From Naegleria gruberi (Eukaryota), in assembly GCA_000004985.1 (NCBI GenBank), contig GG738845.1: DNA of 64,000 nt; one strand, written 5' to 3'. The notes beneath the pieces were generated by a model. That model was given only the letters and a program-made list of their open reading frames with translations, made no database searches and was not told where the DNA came from. Made by a program: the position numbers and the translations under genes. How positions within the stretch are numbered: the stretch's first letter is position 1; each line of letters opens with the position of its first letter. Positions 33,570 to 43,000 of this stretch are shown piece by piece.

Positions 33570-35303
33570 TTATTGACCTCTCAACCTTTTATATTCAGCT
33601 AGAGTGATTCTCTTATTATTCGAATTTTTCTTCTTGTTTGTGGTTGGTTGAATTTTACGTGTTGTCATAATTGGTTGAGTTGTATCATTCAAATCAAGTT
33701 GGAAGTCATGAGCACTAACTAAACTGTTCTCTGGAGTTTCAGAAGTTTTACGGGATTCAGTTTGCTTTGATTGTTGTGATGTGGTTTCTTTGGCAGGGGT
33801 TGGTTCGTCTGTGTCAGCCAACACAAAGAAAGATGAGGCTGTTTTTCTTCTAGAGAATGGATCTAATTGACCAATAGCTTGATTTGCATTGCCGGCAGAA
33901 TTTTGATTTTTCTTTCTTTGCTCGTGTGCAGCTTGATCCATAGCTCTATTCTTGTTGTTGATATATCCCAAACGTTGTGCTGTTGGTGAAAGGAAATCGA
34001 TTTTAGAATATTCTCTCTCCAATTTTCTTAATTCTTCCTCCCATTTTTGTCTTTCTTGTTTTAGTGAGGATTCTGATTGAACTTCACTTCTACCATCATC
34101 TTCATCAAATTCAGAAAATTGATTAGGCTTGCTTTGATGTGTTCTCAAGTAGAGTTCATCATCAACTAGTTTGATCTTTGTTTTAACAGCACTTATTTCT
34201 CTGGCAATAGATTGCTTATTCTTGACTATAAGTCCTCCTTTTTGAGTTCTTCTTTCTTGAACCATGTTCTCAATTTGTTCATCTGTATATCTGAACTCCT
34301 TTAAAGATTTCCATTTTTGAATCTTTTCATCAATAAACTTTCTTGTTGGGAATTTCTCATTTACTTTTTCCATTTCAGCCTTCCATGCCTTATACTCATT
34401 CTCTTCTATTTCCTTGTTGTCACTAATAGCACTCATTTGCCAAGTTCTCTTTTGTACTCCAAATTTGAGAAGCAATCCCTTCTTAGTTTTTTCAGAATTA
34501 TTTGTTCCAAAAAGATAGTCCTTGGTCATGTCTTGAACTTGAATAATTTGGCACAATCTGTAGGTTTTCTTTTTTGCACGTTCATTGAATCCAACAAGAA
34601 CTCTAACAAAAGCTTTTTCCACGCTGCTGGCAAAGTATGGTTCTTTAAACTCCTTTTCCAATGCTGATCTTCTAATTAAAATTCTTTCTATATCTTTTTT
34701 AGTAATTTTACATTTTGAGGATTCCTCTTCATTATCACTACCATCACCAAATATATTTTGGTCTTCTTCGTCACTCTCTTCATGGTGTGACTGGCTTGTT
34801 TGTTGTTGTTGACGACCTCTGGATGGTTGTACAGGTTCTTGATCATCATCATCTTCGTAATCCTCATCATCATCAGAAGATGGTTTTGATCTTCTGGTAC
34901 GACGAGCTGTTGATGCCTTCTTTGTATTTTTCCTTACTGGTTCATCGTCTTCTTCGTCCAATGACAAGTCAACCTCATCATTTTGTTTTTGTTCAATAGG
35001 TTTACTTGCAGATTGTGGTTTTCTTCCTCTTTCTATCAATTTACCTTGTTTTCTAAGTACTTCCTTTTTCTTTCTTAGGTCGAGTCTTCTCTCGTATCTT
35101 TCCGAGATGATTTCTTCACGGTCGACATCACCCAGTGATTCCAAGTATCTTCTATCATTCTCATCACCCTTTAAATCATCATCATATCCATCATCAAGAT
35201 CCTCTTCATAAACAAAATCATCACCACTGGTTGGTTTTGTTTTCTTTGATTGATTTTCTAATTCGTCATCACTAATATTTTTTCCTCTACCTCGTTTAGA
35301 CAT
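33570..35303 (-). CDS. RTF1: RTF1 (Paf1-complex subunit) with Plus3 domain
   Basis: The ATG is at 35303. An acidic, basic N-terminus precedes the Plus3 domain ILIRRSALEKEFKEPYFASSVEKAFVRVLVG...YRLCQIIQVQD. A C-terminal coiled-coil and basic tail follow. It is 577 aa. Confidence 0.75.
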   Translation of the reverse strand: MSKRGRGKNISDDELENQSKKTKPTSGDDFVYEEDLDDGYDDDLKGDENDRRYLESLGDVDREEIISERYERRLDLRKKKEVLRKQGKLIERGRKPQSASKPIEQKQNDEVDLSLDEEDDEPVRKNTKKASTARRTRRSKPSSDDDEDYEDDDDQEPVQPSRGRQQQQTSQSHHEESDEEDQNIFGDGSDNEEESSKCKITKKDIERILIRRSALEKEFKEPYFASSVEKAFVRVLVGFNERAKKKTYRLCQIIQVQDMTKDYLFGTNNSEKTKKGLLLKFGVQKRTWQMSAISDNKEIEENEYKAWKAEMEKVNEKFPTRKFIDEKIQKWKSLKEFRYTDEQIENMVQERRTQKGGLIVKNKQSIAREISAVKTKIKLVDDELYLRTHQSKPNQFSEFDEDDGRSEVQSESSLKQERQKWEEELRKLEREYSKIDFLSPTAQRLGYINNKNRAMDQAAHEQRKKNQNSAGNANQAIGQLDPFSRRKTASSFFVLADTDEPTPAKETTSQQSKQTESRKTSETPENSLVSAHDFQLDLNDTTQPIMTTRKIQPTTNKKKNSNNKRITLAEYKRLRGQ

Positions 35304-35370
35304 TTTTTAATATTTATTTTTATAAATTAAAGTTGTATGCGTTACTTTCACCCTTGTTTACTATTACACA

Positions 35371-37155
35371 TTATTGTTTGGAACAACCAAAACTCTTGTG
35401 GATAGAGTCGAAACTGGCCTTAACTTGATCGTTGTACATTTGTTGGTAAGTGTAACTCTTCACGTTGGCAATCTTCTTTGAAGGTAATAATAAACCAGTT
35501 TGATGCATTACCAAACTTTCATTACTCATTGGATCAACCATTGAGTAAATCATTGAGAAAGCATCAGAACCATCATTGAGTTTAATCATTCCATCTCTTT
35601 CAATGTTAACTGGTGAACCACCAGAGTACATTTGAATCATTTGTAATTCAGCCTTCATTAATTGGGACAAACCGTCTAAATCAGAAACTGGCATCATTTG
35701 ATTTGGTTCAGCAATTGAAACCATGGTTTCCAATGGAAGACTGTTTTCATCGTTTTGAGCCAACAACGTAACAACTGGATTGTCACTATTATTTTCCTTT
35801 GCTGTAGCTTGCAATTTAATTGGTTGGGAAATCTTAAAGTTGAATTCAGTATTTTCATAAATCAATGATGAACCAGATGAAGCATTAACATCTTCAAAGA
35901 ATTTCATCTTCTTTACCATAGTAAGGAAATCAACTTTGAATTTTTCACTAATTTGTGGCAATGATCTTCCTAAAATTGTGTAAATACTAGATCCACGTTG
36001 GAAATAAATTTCAATAAAATCATAGTCAGCTTGGACTTCAGACTTTTCTTTCTCGCTAGCAACATAAGAGTGAGCTTTATCGCTATAGGCAATAAGTTCA
36101 CCATTACTGTGTCCAATTTTCATTTGTCCAAGAGTCATGTATCCTGTCTTGGTTGAATGAAGAGACTTTTGTTCAGAAACAAACTGTTCAAAGTCTTGAG
36201 CTTCATTAGAGATGATGACAATTTCCTTATCAATATTATCTTCCTTTGAATAGTGAATCATATAAGTTTCAACATTCTTATTTCCCAAATAGAGAGCACG
36301 ATCAGTGGCAGATCCGATAGCTAGGAAATCAGTTGATGGCAAATTGAGAATATATCCAAGTTTGTCATTTCTGTAAGAAACTCTTCCAAACAATTCTCCC
36401 TTTTGCAATTTGACAGTACGAATAATATTTTTAGTTCTACCAATATTTGATTCAAAGGCCTTCATGTCAGTACCAATATGTTGGAACATTAAAACTTTGT
36501 TAGGTTCTTCTGGATTTTTGAAAGCAATGGCAAAGATTTTAACTTTTTGTTGTCCTGTTAATTCAGAAATCATTTGGCAGGCTTCAATTCCATTAACCTT
36601 GATACGATCAGTTTCTTCTAAAACTCTGAAAGGAACTTGAGTTTGAGCAAGAGCAGAAACGTTATTCTTCATATATTGCTTGATATCAAGCTCAGCTGGT
36701 ACGTCTTCAATAGTGATCATGGTAGCATCACCACCACCTCCCATCATCATATTCATATTAGAGGCATCAATGAGAGTAATTGTGGTAATTGGTCCTTGAG
36801 AGTGGACTTCCACTTCATATTGTGCTGGCATCTTGAAGGAAACTCCAATCTTTTTCTGATTGCAAACCTTCCATGATGAAATTCCAGAAGCGTCTTCAAC
36901 ATTGTACAAGATCCATTCAGGTTCAGTTGGAACTGGTGTAGCTACTTCAACAGGCTTTTCAGTTGCAGTCTTGATGGAAACCGCTAACTTTTTAGTACTC
37001 TTATTTTGAGAGAAAACTTTATAGAGAACGAAACCAACAACAGAAGCAGCAGCTGAGCCTAGTACTGTTGCAAGTCCCTTGTTTTCCTTCAATGCGTTGA
37101 CAATATTTTCCCACAATGAAGAATCGGATGAAGTTGTTGTAGAAGAATTAACCAT
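35371..37155 (-). CDS. Hypothetical 594-aa protein with an N-terminal signal-anchor or TM helix; no recognised domain
   Basis: It has an ATG at 37155 and a single long ORF. The N-terminus is S/T-rich, followed by the hydrophobic helix GLATVLGSAAASVVGFVLYKVF. It is 67 nt downstream of the RTF1 start on the same strand. Confidence 0.45.
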   Translation of the reverse strand: MVNSSTTTSSDSSLWENIVNALKENKGLATVLGSAAASVVGFVLYKVFSQNKSTKKLAVSIKTATEKPVEVATPVPTEPEWILYNVEDASGISSWKVCNQKKIGVSFKMPAQYEVEVHSQGPITTITLIDASNMNMMMGGGGDATMITIEDVPAELDIKQYMKNNVSALAQTQVPFRVLEETDRIKVNGIEACQMISELTGQQKVKIFAIAFKNPEEPNKVLMFQHIGTDMKAFESNIGRTKNIIRTVKLQKGELFGRVSYRNDKLGYILNLPSTDFLAIGSATDRALYLGNKNVETYMIHYSKEDNIDKEIVIISNEAQDFEQFVSEQKSLHSTKTGYMTLGQMKIGHSNGELIAYSDKAHSYVASEKEKSEVQADYDFIEIYFQRGSSIYTILGRSLPQISEKFKVDFLTMVKKMKFFEDVNASSGSSLIYENTEFNFKISQPIKLQATAKENNSDNPVVTLLAQNDENSLPLETMVSIAEPNQMMPVSDLDGLSQLMKAELQMIQMYSGGSPVNIERDGMIKLNDGSDAFSMIYSMVDPMSNESLVMHQTGLLLPSKKIANVKSYTYQQMYNDQVKASFDSIHKSFGCSKQ

Positions 37156-37356
37156 TTTTTTGTTTCAAATTTTATTAATTTTTTTCAATCAAAACGAATT
37201 AAAAAATAATAAAACTTAATAAAATTGGCTAGAAAATTTTTTGAATCAAAGAAACAGGTCAATAAAGAAACTTTATTGATTCATTATTTGCTATCAATTC
37301 TGTCAACATTCTTTTGCCATTTGAGTCACACATTTAAGGTTTGTCACTTTCCTCTT

Positions 37357-37932
37357 TTAAAAGAAGACATCAGTTTCCTTATGATATTGATATCTGTCTC
37401 CTTCATTGATAGGATGTTTGTAGTTCTTCTTTGGTTGGACTGGGCCTTTAACTCCAGTCTTTGTTTTGGCTTCATATTCAAGTTGTTCCATATAAATTTT
37501 GTACTTTTTAACTCTCTTTTCACATTGTATAGGTGTCCATTGTAGAATATTAACATCAGTATCCCAAGCCATTGCTGTATAGTTTTCCCCATGTTTGTCA
37601 ATTAGTGCTTGCAGAGTTTTTCTTTCCGATTCGTGAACAATAAAGCACAATCTCGATTTGAATTGTGGCTTTTTACTAATGATTTCATCTAAAATTTCTG
37701 GCTTTTTTTCTTTTGGTAGTGTTTCGGCAACTTGGTGATTCTCTTCTGACGGTTTGTTAGGGTCAGCCACGAGGTCCAATCGAGCATAATTGTATTTAGC
37801 AGTCAACTCCCTGTCCCATACTTTTCCGGTACTACTTTTTAATTGATATTGTCTTTTTTGTTTCTTCTTTTCCTTGTGAATTTCGGTTTTTGTTCTTCTG
37901 ATCGTCGACTTGAGAGCACTAAATTTTCCCAT
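37357..37932 (-). CDS. NOP16: Nucleolar protein 16 (NOP16)-like
   Basis: It is a 191-aa basic protein. The block ARLDLVADPNKP...KTLQALIDKHGENYTAMAWDTDVNILQWTPIQCEKRVKKYK is collinear with human NOP16: AEMGLAVDPNRA...RDLIDYVRYMVENHGEDYKAMARDEKNYYQDTPKQIRSKINVYK. The ATG at 37932 is only 48 nt downstream of the Rac gene stop. Confidence 0.6.
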   Translation of the reverse strand: MGKFSALKSTIRRTKTEIHKEKKKQKRQYQLKSSTGKVWDRELTAKYNYARLDLVADPNKPSEENHQVAETLPKEKKPEILDEIISKKPQFKSRLCFIVHESERKTLQALIDKHGENYTAMAWDTDVNILQWTPIQCEKRVKKYKIYMEQLEYEAKTKTGVKGPVQPKKNYKHPINEGDRYQYHKETDVFF

Positions 37933-37980
37933 TTTTTTTTGTTCTAACTTTTATTTGATGGTGTTACAATTAATGAAGGT

Positions 37981-38868
37981 TTAAAGCAAAGTGCATTTGC
38001 CTGGCTTCTTTTCTTGTGTCTTCTCTGTTGGAGGATACATACCATTATAGAGAGCTTCTTCGAAAACTTCTCTCACACCCTCATTCAACATGGCACTACA
38101 TTCCATAAATTTAACAGCTTTGATTGACTTGCAAATTTGGTTTGCTGCTTCAACAGAGACTGGTTCAACACCTTGATCCTTGAGTTTGGCCAACATGTTC
38201 TTGTCGTTTCTAATATCCGCCTTGGTTCCTACGAGAATGTAAGGACAATTTGGTCTGTGCTTTTTAACTTCTGGAACCCATTTATTCTTTACGTTTTCCA
38301 AAGAAGTTGGACTGTCGATGGAGAAACACAACAAGAATACATTAGCGTCAGGGTAGGAGAGTGGTCTATTAAGCTTTGATAAGGGAATTATTTTTCAAAA
38401 TATGATCACTTACCGAAGATTATCGTAGCTAATATTGTTAATCAATATAATTTTACACTTGAATTCACTTACTCTGTGAGGAATTAATATTAAGGTTCAT
38501 TATTATTTGTTATAATAGGAAAACTTGTTAACTTCAATATTTACCTTCCTACAAAAAGGTTCTTGCATTACATTTACGTTCGTACTTACTTGTCCAGCAG
38601 TATCCATCAATAAAAACTTGATGGTTTGATTGTTGAGTTCAATTTCTGATGAATAGTTATCGAAAATTCTAATAAGGAGAACGTTTTAAACATGTGGTTA
38701 TTGTAAATACATACGTTGGGATATACTTTTCAGGGAATACACCTTCAGCAAAGACGTGCAAGAGACATGTTTTACCCTGATAATAGATTTAAGGATTTTA
38801 AAATTATGCTCAGTACATACCACAGCACCATCTCCAACAACAACGAGACGAACAGTTTGACTTTCCAT
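37981..38868 (-). CDS. Rac/Rho-family small GTPase (CAAX = CTLL), 5 or more exons; the switch-II junction is unresolved
   Basis: Exon 1 is 38868..38821 (MESQTVRLVVVGDGAV). Intron 1 is 38777..38820 (gtatgt...tatcag, 44 nt). Exon 2 is 38776..38715 (GKTCLLHVFAEGVFPEKYIPT). Intron 2 is 38669..38714 (46 nt). Exon 3 is 38668..38590 (IFDNYSSEIELNNQTIKFLLMDTAGQ). A putative micro-exon is 38428..38414 (YDNLR). Intron 4 is 38366..38413 (48 nt). Exon 5 is 38365..37981 (PLSYPDANVFLLCFSIDSP...ILVGTKADI...ECSAM...KCTLL*). The 161-nt span 38429..38589 should supply the invariant Q-E-(D/E) of switch II, but no canonical splice does so. Confidence 0.7.
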
Positions 38869-39172
38869 TTTTTTAATTAATAAATAAAAATCTAAAAATA
38901 AGGAAACAAAGGCAGCCTTAATATCAACGGAAAAGTTCAAGGAAGCGAAATTATTATTGTAAATTGTCCACAAATATATCACTATAAAACAATCAAAATA
39001 ATATCTCATAATACGATTTACGCTATCAATTTATTTAATGCTTCCAAATTCTTATTGAGTCAATGAAGTCTATTCAATTATGAAAAATAATCCTTCGTTT
39101 GTCCTATTCATTTTAAAAATGCTGAATGACTGACAGAAATCAAAACCTAATGTTAAATTTGAATTGAAATAT

Positions 39173-39804
39173 TTACCATGTTTTAAATGATGTTGGTAAA
39201 TATTCAGCTTTCTTTTTCAATTCAATATTGTTTTCTAAAATTTCAGATACCATAGTAATTGTTCCAGAAAAGAATGTATACTTGTAAATGTAAAATAATG
39301 CAGGATATTTGGCAAAAAATCGTCGATATCGATCTCTAACATTAGCCTTTGTCATGTATTTTGAATTAATATGGAATGCCTGTGGGTGGTGTCTTTTAGG
39401 ATTGTTAGGATCGAACAGTTTGAGCTCCTTGTTTAGACTAACGATCCACCTTTCCTTGTTCCATTTTCTGCCATGTTCCTCTGCTTCTGATTCCTCATTT
39501 TGCTCTTCTAACACACTAGTGCTTGGTTTATGATTTTGAAATAAATATTTAATTTTTTCCACAAATTCACAGTGTTTTTCGAATAGGTGTGGGGAACGAC
39601 CAGTAATGTATCTTATCAAACTTGAATATAATTCGGGATTTGTGACAGAACGACTGGATGTCCACTTTCTAAAAGTTTCTAGAGATGTTTTGTCTTCTTC
39701 CGATATGCTATTCAGCTCAATGCTTGATTTATTCTCCTCCTCATCATCAATATTTAAAATATTGGGAGATCGTTCATCATCACTTATCACATGTTCTGAA
39801 TCTT
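39173..39804 (-). CDS. Hypothetical acidic protein (~210 aa), no confident domain
   Basis: The ATG is at 39804 (MPKDSEHVISDDERS...). The track ORF extends upstream only through an alternative start. There is a Ser/Glu-rich N-terminus and a basic C-terminal half. Confidence 0.35.
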
Positions 39805-40012
39805 TTGGCATTTTTTTGGACGATCTTGACCGTACAATTTTGGCATGGAAAATGAGCACAGCACCCTCAAGTCGTTTAATAAGAAAGTGGCCAGAAAAAT
39901 ATTGTAGTGGGATCACTCCCAAAAAAAATGATGAAGGCGTTAGTAGGTTTTATTTTGAATGGTTTGATTTATTGTTTGAACCAATTTTTAATAGGGGCTT
40001 AAAGATATTCTT

Positions 40013-43000
40013 ATGAATTCTATAATGAAAGATTCATTTAGAACATTTTGTAAGCAAGTGTTATCCTGTGAAGAATTAATAGATTTGTGGACAGATATTC
40101 AAAACTACAGGAACATCAAAGACAATGAAGTGGAATTAAGAGTGAATACAGCAAAAAAGATATGGAACACCTACTTTGTTGCTGGTTCTATTGAAGTTCC
40201 GGAAGAGTTGCACTCAATTTTAGTGGATAATATGGATTCGGGCAGTATTGCTTTATACGATGAAGTGCAAACGTTGATAGAGGATGATCTTAAAGAAGAG
40301 GCCTACCATCTATTTATCAAAGATTTTATCAAACACGCAAATTCTTCATCTAACAATCCACTCTCCTCCCTTAATACTATTAGCAATGCACCTTCATCAA
40401 GTGATGATACAATTTCAAAAATCTTTCAACCAATCCATGAGATTTCTAACAGAAGAAGAAACAGCTTCCAAGAACAAACACCAACCAAATTGACCTTTCC
40501 AGTACCAAACACCAGCATTCCCACTGTTCCCCTTACTCCAATCTTGCACACAGTAATACCTCTCAATAATGATAGTAAGGTGTCATCACCACCACGCCTA
40601 CCACCTGCTCACACACCGCCACCATCAAATTCTGTTAAGAGGGGCGTTAGAATTGAGAGGCTTGGTGATAAAATTCAAGTGTATGGAAGATCTCCAACAA
40701 ATTTAACAAAACCAGGTGAGAATGCAGCCTCAAGTTTGGAAGAGTACAAATATAAAGGTCCTCTAATTCCTCCAAATCAGGAAATTAGAGCTACAGTTGC
40801 AGATATCGACTCATCATTCCTGAGGTCAAAAGGAGAAAAGGAACAATTCACACAGGTTACATGTTGTGAAGTCTCTGTTAATCTTCTATATCAAAAGATA
40901 CCAATAATCACACAAGGAAGCATTGAAGGAATGGCAGAAATGGCAAAGAAGTTATACAATTTAAAGGATTACCTTCAAACAGATGACGACTCATTTGTTA
41001 TGGATATTAATTCTATTCTAAATAGATGTGATCGTTACTCTGCTCACCTTCAAGTTGAGAATGTAGAGTCTATCAACAATTACGGTATTATTCAAATGTT
41101 TAAATCATCAGAAAAGAAGCCAATTTGCTGCATTCTAAAGGCACAAGTGATTGAGGAAGAGTCAAATAGTTTTAATGATTATTTGGTGGTATTTTATGAT
41201 GGAAATGAAAGTTATTGTCTATTCCACACATTTCAAAAACTCTTTCCAAAAAAAGGGTTGAGGGCTTGTGTTACCTATTTTGAAAATCTGGAAGTTATGG
41301 AAAGATTTTTAAATGATTTCCTTGCTCCTAATGAAATGAGCGCTTCAAAATTATCAAGCAATAAGAAATATATTTTAAAACAATTAATAACTTTGAGAAA
41401 GAAGGAGCATGGGTTGATCAAGAAATATTTAAATTATAGAGTTTCTCTTCAAGTTGAAGATTCTCCTATTGACAATATCGAGAAAAAATTATTCATCATG
41501 GAGGATATGCATAGAAATAGAATTGAAGATCTTTTAAACAAGTTGAAAGATATTGAGGGAAAAATTAAAAGTGGAAAACAGAAATTAGTTAATCCCAAGT
41601 CAGTAGAAGAAAGAGGGATAGAAAATTCAACTTTTGATCAAGATCTTACGGATGTAATGGTGAGACTGGAAGAGATTGATGAAAGGCAGCTGTCCCCAAG
41701 AAAAAGACAAACTCAAGAACAAAAAAACAAAACAGTTTCAGAAACTCTAAGTCAAACGACTTCTCCACAAAAGAGTGATATCATAACAGAGTATTTCATT
41801 AATAGACTTACCAGTATTGAATCTGAAATGAATGAAGTGAAGAATGCATATACCAAAAAGATGGAGAGCGTTGTAGAAAATCTTTCTAATTATGAGAAAC
41901 AAAACCATCCGGTTATGGAAAAAACAATAACCCAACATGAGAATTCAGATGCTAAATTAATTTATGAAATGAAAAAAGAGATTGAAATTATGAAAATGGC
42001 TAGGCTTCAAATTGAAAAGGATGTAAAAAACAAAGCATTTCACCAAAGTACCAACAATAGTGATTTGAATAAGATTATAGCCAACTCAACCTTTAACACT
42101 GAACCTTTATCTGAACCTTTAGAATCAAATTTACAACTACCAGAGGAAAAGGAGACAGAACCGCAGCTTATTTCCAATTATGAAAATTCTCCAGAACAAA
42201 TGATTATTCATCAATCACAAGTAATTGCACAAGAAACTAACACCAATCCTCAATCCGAATCAAAACTTGAATATGTATCAAGAGTGATAGAGGATTTGAA
42301 AACTGAATTGGCGAGTCTTAGGGATGAAATGAGTATCATTTCTAAAAGGAAATATGCTCATGAGGTATTGGGTACTATTTTTGAAAAGTCCAATAACGAC
42401 CAAGAAACCTTCAAGTTACCCCAACCTTCAGCTGATACTCAAATAGATGAGGTTGTTGAAAGAATCAATAATATTGAAAGTTATACTTACGAAAACATGT
42501 CAAACGTAAAACAATCACTTTATGAAGAGAAGAAGGACCGTTTTAACATGTTTGATGCTCTTCACACCAAAATTCAGTCCGTTGAAGAAAGTAATAAGGA
42601 ACATGCAAAGGAAACTAAAGAAATCAGCGACAAAGTTGATCAAATTAAGTCAGAAATTGATATGCTAAGATTTACATCATCTTTGCAAGCAAGAAACTCA
42701 GACACATCCTCAATAGTCTCTAAACTTGACGATTCTTTAGATGTCAGTTCAAATGCTTCCTCTCCAACAAAGTCTTTAGACTCTAATCAATTTATGTTCA
42801 TTCAGAATAATTTGAAGAAGGAAATAATACAACAAGTCAATCAACAAGTTAATCAACAAATTCATCAACAAATCAATAATATACCAAATGTTGAAAATTT
42901 GTTTCGTGAGTATAGGAAACAGTTTGATAATTTTGAAAGCAAAATTGAGAATAGATTCAATACTCAAACCTTTGTTAATGGTAATCAGGAAGAAATCGAA

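Noticed and set aside
38414-38428. The plus strand reads GAA GAT TAT (E-D-Y) exactly where the minus-strand Rac gene should encode switch II.
   Set aside because: It is a coincidence of the near-palindrome cgaagattatcg. The gene is on the minus strand, where this segment encodes YDNLR. The plus-strand reading cannot be spliced into a minus-strand transcript.
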